The notes below the pieces were generated by a model. It saw only the letters and a list, made by a program, of their open reading frames with translations, searched no databases and was not told where the DNA came from. Below, piece by piece: positions 48,861 to 57,967 of a stretch of DNA of 64,000 nt. Numbering within the stretch: position 1 is the first letter of the stretch; every line of letters begins with the position of its first letter. The stretch is taken from positions 32,001 through 96,000 of the forward strand of contig CAVSQB010000026.1 in assembly GCA_963729895.1 (NCBI GenBank). Reading direction: 5' to 3'. This DNA is from an uncultured Fibrobacterota bacterium (GTDB lineage Bacteria > Fibrobacterota > Chitinivibrionia > Chitinivibrionales > FEN-1185). The translations under genes were made by a program, and so were the position numbers.

Positions 48861-49376
48861 CTACTTGGTTTCTTTGTTTCTGAGCTTCCCAAGGGCTTTC
48901 CACCGCGGGTCGATCTCCGGATTCTCTCCCGCCAAATCAACGACGATCGCCGGATCGTTCTTTACCGCGATGCCTGCGCATTGTTCGGAGCATAAGGGCT
49001 TCATGGGCAACGACACTATAATCTCGTCGAAAACCAGCGGAGCTATGTCGACGTCCCCGGTTGCCTCGTCGAAAAAAAGATCAACCTCCTCTTCGGGGAG
49101 CGTGCGTCTGTCCTGCGACCGGCTTTTTTCCTGCAGTACAAGCCGGAATTCTCCGGATAACGGTTGCGTTATCGGGGTAAGGCACCGGGAACACTGCATC
49201 CGCGCGACGCATCGGTACCTGACATGCAGGTGAATTTGCGTCTGAAACCGGTCCACGTCGGCGGTGCAGAAGACATCACCTGCCGTGGCAAGCCATTGCG
49301 CCTTCTCACCGGTTACCGGTATGTTTTGAGAAAGAACGCTGTGTCCTTCCGGAATTCGTTTTGCGTTGAACTGCAT
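48861..49376 (-). CDS. yceD: YceD/DUF177 family protein
   Basis: CSRCL, LPMKPLC.E.C.G and DPRW..L motifs, upstream of rpmF. Confidence 0.9.
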   Translation of the reverse strand: MQFNAKRIPEGHSVLSQNIPVTGEKAQWLATAGDVFCTADVDRFQTQIHLHVRYRCVARMQCSRCLTPITQPLSGEFRLVLQEKSRSQDRRTLPEEEVDLFFDEATGDVDIAPLVFDEIIVSLPMKPLCSEQCAGIAVKNDPAIVVDLAGENPEIDPRWKALGKLRNKETK

Positions 49377-49526
49377 GTTAGGAAAACTTTCAAAATAATT
49401 CCTCAAGCCGAAAAGTGTCAAGAAAACAATGCGACATTCCGCGCTTTATCCATAAAAAAGCGGAGCATAACCGTGAGCGGAACAGTCATACTCCGTTTGG
49501 ATTTCCGGCTACCGGGACCGCGCACC

Positions 49527-50201
49527 TCACTGCGCATTGATCGTTGCAATAAGAGAACTTGCCTTCTGAAGGCTGTCGCGGGCGTTTCTGGCCTTCTGCC
49601 GCATGATCCGCTCACGCAATTCCTCCTGCGCAGTATCTTCCGCTTTGTAAAACAATACGGCATATTGCGCGGATTCGGCGAGCAGCGCGAGCCCTTCCTT
49701 TATCTGGTTTGCGCATTCTGCAAACACATTGTCCGAAACGGCAATCTTGCCGAATTCAGCGGCAAGATCGTCGCATTTGCGCTTTGCCTCAGCCGCCCTG
49801 CCGACGAGGCCGTCGAGTTCCAGAGACTGGTCGTGCATGTCCATGTTCGCAAGCTGCGTTGCGAGCGCGGTCCCGCTGGTAATGACTGCGTTAAGCTTCC
49901 CCGCAAGACCGAGCCGTTCCTTGTTTTCCTTCATGGCCGACTGGTATTGCTGTTCGCGGGATTGCATCTGATCTTCCGCCTTTTGCTTCTCCACTTCGAG
50001 GCGCTTGAGTTCTTCGCGGTTTCGGGTGTTCTGGTCGTTGTTGACATATTGCACGGTCATCCAAACGGTCCCCGCCAGTATGACGGTGGCGATAAGGTAA
50101 GAAATGGAAAGCCGCGTCGGTCCGTGCGAATTGACGGCAACCATGTAGGCAAGCAGCGTTATTCCGCCCATAACCACCAGAAGAAGAATGTCCACACCCA
50201 T
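49527..50201 (-). CDS. Hypothetical protein with two N-terminal TM helices and a coiled coil
   Basis: Hydrophobicity pattern and AAAGGA RBS. Confidence 0.7.
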   Translation of the reverse strand: MGVDILLLVVMGGITLLAYMVAVNSHGPTRLSISYLIATVILAGTVWMTVQYVNNDQNTRNREELKRLEVEKQKAEDQMQSREQQYQSAMKENKERLGLAGKLNAVITSGTALATQLANMDMHDQSLELDGLVGRAAEAKRKCDDLAAEFGKIAVSDNVFAECANQIKEGLALLAESAQYAVLFYKAEDTAQEELRERIMRQKARNARDSLQKASSLIATINAQ

Positions 50202-50294
50202 TTTGTCAATCCTTTTCTAGACGTTTGAAACTTCACCCGGCCGGCGCTCCGCAGTGCGCGCGCCGTATCGCCGCACCTGTGATTGCAGCCGGCG

Positions 50295-50750
50295 TTAGAA
50301 CGGCAGGTCGTCCGATGCGTTCGCAGGACCGGCAGCGGGGGAAGCCTGGTCGAACTCCGGAGAAGGTTCGGAAACCGCATCCTGTGAAGCCGGAGCATCC
50401 TGCGCCGGACCGCCGCCGCCCGGGCCGCCGAGAAACTGGACCGTGTTTGCGACTATTTCGGTCTTGTATTTCTTGTTGCCGTCGCGGTCGTCCCACGAAC
50501 GAGTGGTAATTCTCCCCTCGACATAGGCGGAACGGCCTTTCTTAAGATACTGGTTGACGATTTCCGCTGTCTTTCCATACACGACAATGTTGTGCCATTC
50601 GGTACGTTCCTGGCGCTGTCCCGCCTTATCGGTCCATTTTTCCGTCGTTGCAAGGGAAAACGTCGAAACCGCCTGGCCGCTTGGCAAATACCGGAGTTCC
50701 GGATCCTTCCCGAGATTGCCGATCAGAATCGCCTTGTTCACGCCTGCCAT
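50295..50750 (-). CDS. ssb: Single-stranded DNA-binding protein
   Basis: [22 protein letters not shown] and C-terminal DDLPF. Confidence 0.98.
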   Translation of the reverse strand: MAGVNKAILIGNLGKDPELRYLPSGQAVSTFSLATTEKWTDKAGQRQERTEWHNIVVYGKTAEIVNQYLKKGRSAYVEGRITTRSWDDRDGNKKYKTEIVANTVQFLGGPGGGGPAQDAPASQDAVSEPSPEFDQASPAAGPANASDDLPF

Positions 50751-50924
50751 ATGCCCCTCCGGATAGTCGGTGCCCTGTAGATTGGGATGACAACAGATTG
50801 CCTGTTTTTTATAAACTACATTATGTGATGCACCGCGGAAAGCCAGTTGTGTGACCCGGGATTGAGAAGAAACGCCGTTCCTCAACCCACCGACGGTCGC
50901 TGGGCGCAGGCATGGTGCCGGGCG

Positions 50925-51455
50925 TTATGACCGCTTCATCTTCTTGCGGGACGGTTTAGCATACTTGGTTATTGTCTTGCCGATGGTGACGCTCAGGTAT
51001 CCGCCGTGCAGTTCGACCGAATTGTTCCACAGCGTTTGCCCGTTTTCTCCCCGGCCGACGGTCAGCAGGAGCCTCGTCTCCACTCCCGTAAGGGCCATTT
51101 TGCATTCCGCGGTTTTTGCCCGAAGGCCCTTAAACGGACTGCCGGAGGGGAACGCGGTTTCCCATTCGTCAATGCGAACGTCGAACAACTCGACGACCAC
51201 TGCGCTTTTCATCCTGTCGAAGTAATACCAGTAGTGCTTCGGCAATCCTCTGGCGAATACGTCGAGGGTAAAGAACAGGCTATCGTGGCGGATCAGGGGA
51301 ATCTTGCACACCTGCGCCGAATCGATGCGAAGGATTTGCGCTGCTGCAGTGCACGACATGGCAGCGATCCAAAAGGCCACAAGCACCACGCTACCCGAGG
51401 CTTGGCTTGCCCAACCTCGAACCTGTCTGCGCCAATCCAAGTCGTTTACAGGCAT
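50925..51455 (-). CDS. Hypothetical exported/membrane protein (start uncertain)
   Basis: Hydrophobic signal-like segment followed by a beta-rich domain; fills the gap between ssb and panB. Confidence 0.55.
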   Translation of the reverse strand: MPVNDLDWRRQVRGWASQASGSVVLVAFWIAAMSCTAAAQILRIDSAQVCKIPLIRHDSLFFTLDVFARGLPKHYWYYFDRMKSAVVVELFDVRIDEWETAFPSGSPFKGLRAKTAECKMALTGVETRLLLTVGRGENGQTLWNNSVELHGGYLSVTIGKTITKYAKPSRKKMKRS

Positions 51456-51695
51456 AGAAAAGAACACACCCTTCTTCGCTCCCGAAACGGGAGAGCCGCG
51501 GATCATGGACACGAGCCGTGATCGCGGTTCCCGCACGAAGTTCCCGGGCTGCAGTTTTGTTCCTCCGTAATTATATGTATTTTAACGAGTGGAAACGACA
51601 AGAAAATGGTTTGCGCAGACCCGCGGAAAAGGACAAACGTTCCGGTCCGCATTCACCAGCGAAGCCCGGGCAGGCGGCTCGCGAAAGAAGGATTC

Positions 51696-52538
51696 ATGAA
51701 GAAATCGGCGATTGGTTTCACAAAAATGAAAGAAGCGTCGTTGCCCATTGTCATGCTTACCGCCTACGATTGCCCCTGTGCCCGTATTCTTGACGAATGC
51801 GGAGTTGACATCGTGCTTGTGGGCGACACCGTGGGAACCACGGTTCTGGGCTACGACGACATTACGCGCGTCACCATGGACGACATGATTCACCACACGT
51901 CGGCGGTGGCGCGGGGCGTGGGCCGGGCATTCGTCGTCGGCGACATGCCCTACAAGTCTTATGCAACCAGCACCGCGGCAATCAAGAACGCGAAAAGGTT
52001 TCTGGCGTGCGGGGCAGACGCCGTCAAAATGGAAGGCGGCGCGGAAATCACCGACAGGGTGAAAGCAATGCGCCGCTGCGGCATAGAGGTGTGCGGCCAT
52101 ATCGGGTTCCTTCCACAGTCGCGTATAGGGCCCGGCGTTGTCGGCAAGACGCTTGACGAGGCCAAAGGCCTTGTAGCCGACGCCCTTGGCCTGCAGGAGG
52201 CCGGCGTTTTTATGATCGTACTCGAACTTGTCCCGCAGGAATTGGCCGGCGCCCTTACGCGCCTGCTCCGCATCCCCACTATCGGCATCGGCGCGGGGCC
52301 CCGATGCGACGGCCAGGTGCAGGTGTTCCACGACATGGCGGGCTTGTCGCCGCGGGTATTCCGTCATGTGAAGACATTTGCAAACGGTAAAGACATGCTG
52401 GCGGCCGCCGTGGCCGGCTATGTGCGCGAGGTGCGGGAACATTCGTTTCCCACGGCCGCCCACGCGGCAGCGCTCGACGGGCGCACGCAGGAGGAGATCC
52501 TGTCGTGGATCAACGCCGGAGGCGGCAGGGACCGCTGA
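51696..52538 (+). CDS. panB: 3-methyl-2-oxobutanoate hydroxymethyltransferase
   Basis: MLTAYD, LVGD, DMP, VKMEGG, GHIG.LPQ and TIGIGAG..CDGQV motifs. Confidence 0.97.
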   Translation: MKKSAIGFTKMKEASLPIVMLTAYDCPCARILDECGVDIVLVGDTVGTTVLGYDDITRVTMDDMIHHTSAVARGVGRAFVVGDMPYKSYATSTAAIKNAKRFLACGADAVKMEGGAEITDRVKAMRRCGIEVCGHIGFLPQSRIGPGVVGKTLDEAKGLVADALGLQEAGVFMIVLELVPQELAGALTRLLRIPTIGIGAGPRCDGQVQVFHDMAGLSPRVFRHVKTFANGKDMLAAAVAGYVREVREHSFPTAAHAAALDGRTQEEILSWINAGGGRDR

Positions 52539-52553
52539 CCCGGCCCTGCATTT

Positions 52554-54071
52554 CTATTGTCCGAAATGTTTCTTCAGGAGTTCGAGGTCGATCTGCGGAT
52601 ATACGGGAAATCTCTCCAAAAGCTTCTGCACGCTCGATCGCGCCTGCTTTTTGACAGACTCACCTATGGTGTATTTCGCTTTTGACGGCTTGCCTGCGTT
52701 CTCGCCTGACGAACTGATTTCCGGCCTCGCGGCGGCCAGCACGCGCTTGATGACCGATGCGATCTCGGCCATTTCTTTTTCCCCCATGCCAAGTGTGGTG
52801 ACCGCGGGCGTGCCGATGCGCAGGCCGCTGGTGTACCACGGGCCGTTCGGGTCAAAGGGCAGGGAGTTTCTGTTGAGCGTGATTCCGCATTCGCGCATGG
52901 CGCCCTCCGCCTGGCGGCCCGTGAGCCCGAACGAGCGCACGTCGATGAGCATCAGGTGATTGTCGGTGCCGCCGGTTGCCACGGTCATGCCCTCCGCGAT
53001 GCAGGCGGCGGCAAGCGCCGCCGAATTGCTCACGATCTTGGCGGCATAATCGCGGAACGACGGCGCGTTCGCCTCGGTGAGCGCAATCGCTTTTGCGGCG
53101 ATGATGTGCTCAAGCGGCCCGCCGATGACGAGCGGACACCCTTTGTCAACGTGGTCCGCATATTCCTCGGTGCACAGCACAAGGCCGCCGCGGGGCCCGC
53201 GCAGCGTTTTGTGCGTGGTGGTCGTCACCACCTGCGCGTGCGCCACCGGATTGAAGTCGCCCGTAAACACGCCGCCCGCCACGAGCCCGGCAAAATGCGC
53301 CATGTCCACCATGAGGACGGCGCCGGCCCTGTCGGCAATTCCGCGGAGCGTCTTGAAATTGATCGCGCGCGGATACGCGCTGTACCCGGCAAGAAGAATG
53401 AGCGGCCGGATCTCCATCGCCATTTTTGCGATTTCGCTGTAGTCAAGAAGGCCGGTGTCCCTGTTCACACTGTAGGTGTACGCATCGAACATCTGGGCCG
53501 ACACGTTTTGACGGTACCCGTGTGTCAGGTGGCCGCCCGAGTAGTAGTCCATGCCTAGGAGCTTCTGGTTGCCCGCCGCATGCCGAAGCGCGTCCCAATC
53601 GGAACGCGACATGTGCGCGGGGTTGGTGTCTTCGAGCTTGTCGAGAGCAGGCGCGGTGATGCGCGCGTTGAGGATGGCCCAGTAGGCGATGAGGTTGGCG
53701 TCGGCGCCGCTGTGCGGCTGCACGTAGGCATGATCGCAGCCGAACAGCGCGCATGCCTGCTGTGCCGCGTATTCCTCGATATCGTCGACATTCCCGCACC
53801 CCGCGTAGAAGCGATGGCGCGGAATTCCTTCGGCGTATTTGTCGGTGAGCAGGTTCGCCATGGCGCACTGCGTCGACAAAGAACAGTAGTTCTCGCTCGC
53901 AATCAGCTTCAGGTTGCTGCGCTGGTCGGCGAGTTCCTTGACAATGGATGACGCCACGCGGGGCGCCACTTTCGAAATCTCGGTGAGGTTCGCAATGTAG
54001 GCGAGAAAACCTGAGTCGATTGCGCCGGGCGAGGTGTGCAAAAGGTATTCGGCCAGAGCGGATTGCGGCAT
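52554..54071 (-). CDS. glyA: Serine hydroxymethyltransferase (long form)
   Basis: LIASEN, KYAEG, GGHLTHG, DMAHFAGLVA and TTTHKTLRGPRGG motifs. Confidence 0.97.
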   Translation of the reverse strand: MPQSALAEYLLHTSPGAIDSGFLAYIANLTEISKVAPRVASSIVKELADQRSNLKLIASENYCSLSTQCAMANLLTDKYAEGIPRHRFYAGCGNVDDIEEYAAQQACALFGCDHAYVQPHSGADANLIAYWAILNARITAPALDKLEDTNPAHMSRSDWDALRHAAGNQKLLGMDYYSGGHLTHGYRQNVSAQMFDAYTYSVNRDTGLLDYSEIAKMAMEIRPLILLAGYSAYPRAINFKTLRGIADRAGAVLMVDMAHFAGLVAGGVFTGDFNPVAHAQVVTTTTHKTLRGPRGGLVLCTEEYADHVDKGCPLVIGGPLEHIIAAKAIALTEANAPSFRDYAAKIVSNSAALAAACIAEGMTVATGGTDNHLMLIDVRSFGLTGRQAEGAMRECGITLNRNSLPFDPNGPWYTSGLRIGTPAVTTLGMGEKEMAEIASVIKRVLAAARPEISSSGENAGKPSKAKYTIGESVKKQARSSVQKLLERFPVYPQIDLELLKKHFGQ

Positions 54072-54104
54072 GGCGGTCTCCTTTTCTAATGCGGTTCCGA
54101 CCCT

Positions 54105-54185
54105 CTGCCCAGGCGCGCGACAGATTGGGAGATCACTTCCCGATGGTAGGCTCCATCCAAAGCGCCAGTCGTAGTGTCCTACTTG
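54105..54185 (-). ncRNA. ZMP/ZTP (pfl) riboswitch upstream of glyA
   Basis: Minus strand CGACTGGCG...GATGG...CCATCGGGAAGTG...GTCGCGCGCCTGGGCA matches the conserved GACUGGCG and CGCCUGGGC pseudoknot elements. glyA is a known ZTP-regulated gene. Confidence 0.9.
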
Positions 54186-54336
54186 TTCTCAGGAAAAAAT
54201 AATATCAGGATGGATGAGTTTTATTAGATTAGATTGAATAATTACTAGGTTTAGGAAAGATAAAATTTAGAATTCATTTGGATAGCCGTGCCGGGTGACC
54301 CCATAGTGGGAGCTGTGGCGAGAATCCAAACTTTTG

Positions 54337-55628
54337 GGGACCTCTAAAAATTCTGTAAAATAGTAGATTCCAAGATCATGTTGACAGATAGTATTATTTC
54401 GCGATGTCAGGGCGTCTATTTGTCTGATAGGTGCCCAAAACTGTTCTTTTTTCGGTCCCTTTGGGGGCCTTGTGCGGTCCTGTCCCGCTTTTCAGGCGTG
54501 GCACTCAAGATATGCAAAGCGTTTTATGTTGTAAACCAGGTTCAGGAGTCCTATCTTCGCCGCGGCCCTCAGCCGCCCGATACACCTGATCCTGCCACGA
54601 AACATGATTTCTATTTGAGCAAACACATGTTCTATACGCGATCTGACTTTGGATTTCTTCCGGTTCTGTGCCAATTGTGCTTCCGTCAATGGTGCGCCAC
54701 GAGTCCCTTTGACACATATTTTGCTTCTGTACCAGAGATAATCAAGCCTTTGTTCCGCCTTTTCCGAATGATACGCGCTGTCGGCAAACACGTCCGCGTT
54801 CGTGTTCTCAGGATTAAGGAGAGGTTCAAGCATATTGGAGTCGTGCACTTCTGCGGATGTCGCCGCATAGTCTCGAATGATTTTATGCTTCGCGTCTACC
54901 GACGCATGGTTCTTGTAGCCAAAAAACGTCTGATCGTTCTTCTTCGTCCATCGCGCATCAACATCTTTCTGACGAAGTTTCTCAGGGTGCTTTTCCCATT
55001 CCTGCGGCGTGCCCCCGTTCTTGATTTCTTTATTCTCCTCCCGCGTGTTTCTCTGGCGAGGTACCTCGACAAAACTCGCATCTATTATTTGGCCTTTCTG
55101 GGCAGTGTAACCCGCTTCGTTCAACTGACGACCGAACAGGTCAAACAGCTTCTTGACAACGCCTGCTTGTGTCAGCGTTTCCCGAAACAACCAGACCGTT
55201 TTCTCGTCGGGAATGCTATCCTCGGAAGTGAGTTCAAGAAACCGTTTGAACGTCAATCGGTCCAGAATCTGAAACTGGGTTTGCGCATCGGAAAGCCCAT
55301 ACATCGTCTGCAACACGAGAATCTTGAACATCAGGATATAATCGTACGGTGGACGACCGGCGTTGCTCTTCCGTTCCTTGCGAAAAGCCTTGTCAATAAC
55401 AGGACGAAAACTCTTCCAACGTATGGCCCGATTGATGGTTTCAAGAGGGTCTCCCATTTCGGAAAGCTCGGAAAGGCGATTCTCAAGGTCAAAAAGGCCT
55501 ATCTGTCCCATCGCAATATCCTCCAGACGGTAGTGGGTTCGCAGGTTTGTTGTCTGGAATTAAAATAATTGACGAAATAGCCTTTGTCAAGCATTAATTG
55601 GGCAAATTAGGCAATTTTTAGAGGTCCC
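54337..55628 (-). mobile_element. IS5 family insertion sequence
   Basis: Terminal IRs GGGACCTCTAAAAATT at both ends. Flanked by CTTTTG direct repeats, or TTTT if each end is 1 bp longer. Confidence 0.93.
54492..55511 (-). CDS. IS5 family transposase
   Basis: GRPPYD, DRLTFKRFL, IIDAS, DVDARWTKK, FGYKNH, ADSAY and R.RIEHVF motifs. Confidence 0.95.
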   Translation of the reverse strand: MGQIGLFDLENRLSELSEMGDPLETINRAIRWKSFRPVIDKAFRKERKSNAGRPPYDYILMFKILVLQTMYGLSDAQTQFQILDRLTFKRFLELTSEDSIPDEKTVWLFRETLTQAGVVKKLFDLFGRQLNEAGYTAQKGQIIDASFVEVPRQRNTREENKEIKNGGTPQEWEKHPEKLRQKDVDARWTKKNDQTFFGYKNHASVDAKHKIIRDYAATSAEVHDSNMLEPLLNPENTNADVFADSAYHSEKAEQRLDYLWYRSKICVKGTRGAPLTEAQLAQNRKKSKVRSRIEHVFAQIEIMFRGRIRCIGRLRAAAKIGLLNLVYNIKRFAYLECHA

Positions 55629-55685
55629 CTTTTGTTGTGGGGCACCCGAGACCTGCTGTTGTGAAGGCCGATGAACCAATCCCAA

Positions 55686-55741
55686 GTTGACGAGTTGGAA
55701 AGTTGAAGGGTTGAAAAGTTGACTGGTTCATTCGGTTGAGA
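55686..55741 (+). repeat. Degenerate 8-bp tandem repeat (GTTGANNN)
   Basis: GTTGACGA GTTGGAAA GTTGAAGG GTTGAAAA GTTGACTG GTTCATTC GGTTGAGA. Confidence 0.7.
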
Positions 55742-55831
55742 ATTTTGCAACCGGGTGCTTGTACGGTGCGCGCAACCGAAGGTACGGGCTTGCCAAGGGT
55801 ACATCCACGCCGCACCGGCTCAGCAAACCAA
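55742..55831 (+). repeat. Dispersed hairpin repeat family 2, copy B
   Basis: Aligns with 15363-15451(-), with a compensatory stem change. Confidence 0.75.
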
Positions 55832-55869
55832 AATCGTATCTTTCGGTCCTGTGGAATTGACACGAAATC

Positions 55870-57003
55870 ATGAACAAACTGTTTGCTGTTTTGCCGCTAT
55901 GGTTTGCTGCGCTTGCGCCGGCCGAACAATTACATTTTGAGGGCATTATCCCCGCGGACGTGGACAAGACCGCCATGACTGCCGAGTACTACCGGATCTA
56001 CCGCATCGTGGCGCCGCGGCAGCGGCCCGATCCCTCTCCGCTGCGCGTGGTCTACTACACCGACAACGCAGGAGAGAACTTCGACCATGCCCTTCCCGAA
56101 TGGGGCGGCGGCGGCACCATCGGCGGCAGCCTCATCGTGGTGCCAACCACGGTGAAGCCGTTTCTGGAGCAGAGCTTTGCGCAGATCACGCGGCATGAGC
56201 TTGTTCACGCCGTGCTCGCCCGCGCCTATCCGGGGCTGTATATTCCCCGCTGGTTCCACGAGGGCGCGGCCATGACGCTGTCCGGCGAGCTTTCGTTTCA
56301 GGAAAACGTCATCGTCTCGAAGGCCATTTTCACCAACAGCCTGATGCCGCTTTCGTCAATAGATTCGGTAAACGGCTTCGGCAGGAACCGGGCCGACCTC
56401 GCCTATTCACAAAGTCACCTTGCTGTGCTTTTTCTTATTGAGCAATACGGCATCGAGGTGCTCTCCGACATCCTGTATTCGGCGCGAAAGACCGGATCGT
56501 TCTGGCAGGGCGTTCAGGCAGTGCTCTCCCTCGCGCCGTCGGAATTCGAGCTTCTTGCCCGTAAAGACATTACGTCCCGCTACCAGCTCGTGTTCGTGTT
56601 CGCCGATTACTATGCCTTCTGGGTCGTTGTCGTTTTTCTCTTCCTCGTCGCGTTCGGCGTTACCGTGGTGAGGAAACAGAAGAAAATGGCGCTCATGGAG
56701 CAGGAAGAAAAAGACGATGCTATTCGAATTCCCGCTACCATGCCGTTGGTCATTGCGCCGCCCGCCCCGTTGCCCGAGCCCAACGTTCAGCCGGATGAAC
56801 AGATTGACATCAGCGATGAAACGTATGCCGGTGAAGAGGAGACAGATGATGGGTACTACGGCGATGAAGATGAGGACGACGATTATATCCTTGCGGACGG
56901 AGTGGAATTGGAGGATGAGGAGGAAAACGACGATTTTGTTGACGAGGACCAGGAATTTCACGAGGATGAGGGCCACGATGACGGAGAGGGGGAAAAAATC
57001 TAG
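55870..57003 (+). CDS. Membrane-anchored zinc metallopeptidase (peptidase MA-like) with acidic cytoplasmic tail
   Basis: Signal peptide, HELVH...PRWFHEG.A gluzincin motif, TM helix and D/E-rich C-terminus. Confidence 0.85.
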   Translation: MNKLFAVLPLWFAALAPAEQLHFEGIIPADVDKTAMTAEYYRIYRIVAPRQRPDPSPLRVVYYTDNAGENFDHALPEWGGGGTIGGSLIVVPTTVKPFLEQSFAQITRHELVHAVLARAYPGLYIPRWFHEGAAMTLSGELSFQENVIVSKAIFTNSLMPLSSIDSVNGFGRNRADLAYSQSHLAVLFLIEQYGIEVLSDILYSARKTGSFWQGVQAVLSLAPSEFELLARKDITSRYQLVFVFADYYAFWVVVVFLFLVAFGVTVVRKQKKMALMEQEEKDDAIRIPATMPLVIAPPAPLPEPNVQPDEQIDISDETYAGEEETDDGYYGDEDEDDDYILADGVELEDEEENDDFVDEDQEFHEDEGHDDGEGEKI

Positions 57004-57004
57004 T

Positions 57005-57274
57005 TCACGAGTTGTCGTCTAGTTGCATATTCGGAATTTCGCTCGCCATCTTCCTTATCTCTTCGTTGCTGAAACAATCGCCGTAGAGACGCATGAACGT
57101 GCGGCCGCGAATTTGCGGTTTGGTTAGACCCGGCTGCTCGTTTAGCAATCCCGCCTCAACGAGCCTTCTTGCCGCTTCAAACATGCTTGACGCCATTCTT
57201 AGACGCTCTGCCGGAGCACGCGATGCGTACATCGCAGCAAGAAGCATTTCAACGTCCGGAGCGGTGTCATTCAC
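57005..57274 (-). CDS. Small hypothetical protein, probable partner of a nucleotidyltransferase (TA-like)
   Basis: MNDT.P.V....ERLRMASSMFEAARRLV..G...F.RLYG; overlaps the upstream gene end; lower GC. Confidence 0.6.
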   Translation of the reverse strand: MNDTAPDVEMLLAAMYASRAPAERLRMASSMFEAARRLVEAGLLNEQPGLTKPQIRGRTFMRLYGDCFSNEEIRKMASEIPNMQLDDNS

Positions 57275-57467
57275 AGGTTTTGGCCTGTTCGAGCAAATCG
57301 TAAACTCCTAGAGCTCTTGACCATTTTCCAAGATAGTCCATTTCCAGGGTTTTTACGTGCGCGAGCAACTGGCGAACATCCCTCGCCTGGAGTTCGGATT
57401 GCGATTGTTTCATCCACACAAGCTTTGAAAGAATAAGGTCTTCCGGGGCCACTAACGGTCGGACCAT
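57267..57467 (-). pseudogene. C-terminal fragment of a nucleotidyltransferase-like protein
   Basis: APEDLILSKL.W....SELQ.RDV..LL......DYL.KW...LG is a C-terminal signature; the N-terminal catalytic part is missing. Confidence 0.6.
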
Positions 57468-57555
57468 GCAGGCTTCACTCTCATCTCTATTTCAGCATCT
57501 TGGGTTAGCGGACCACCGCCTTTCAGTCGCCAATCTGCATTCTGCAGGAGCCCCT

Positions 57556-57825
57556 TCAAATCGAAAACATGCTCTCCAGATCGTGCTTCGAATACACCTT
57601 GAAGGTGATGAGGGTCTCTGATTTTTGGATCCCCTCGATCTTGAGCATGGAACCCGTCACAAGTTCGGCAAGCGCGTCGTTGTCCTTTGTGCGGATGACG
57701 ACGACGAGGTCGTACCTGCCGGCAACCGAATACACTTCCGAAATTCCCTTCAGATCCGAGAGCCGCTGGGCGATGGAGTCAACTTTGTCGCGTTCGACAT
57801 TGAGAAGCACGAGTCCGGTGACCAT
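57556..57825 (-). CDS. Stand-alone Lrp/AsnC ligand-binding domain protein
   Basis: EVYSVAGRYDLVVVIR...I.GI.KSETLI; no HTH. Confidence 0.85.
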   Translation of the reverse strand: MVTGLVLLNVERDKVDSIAQRLSDLKGISEVYSVAGRYDLVVVIRTKDNDALAELVTGSMLKIEGIQKSETLITFKVYSKHDLESMFSI

Positions 57826-57967
57826 GGGTGAACTCCTTTACAATGTACCTTTTCACAAAACTCTTGAAGCGTCAACATGAGATTCCACACAATTTTCAGC
57901 AGGACGATTGTTGATAGGAATTTACTTTTTGACAACGAAAAAGAGGAACCTTTCATTTCGGCAGGTT

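Noticed and set aside
54378..55568. 396-aa plus-strand ORF spanning the IS5 element
   Set aside because: It is the antisense frame of the transposase with no independent domain signal.
55686..55741. GTTGA-type repeats as a possible CRISPR array
   Set aside because: The period is 8 bp with no spacers, and no cas genes are in the window.
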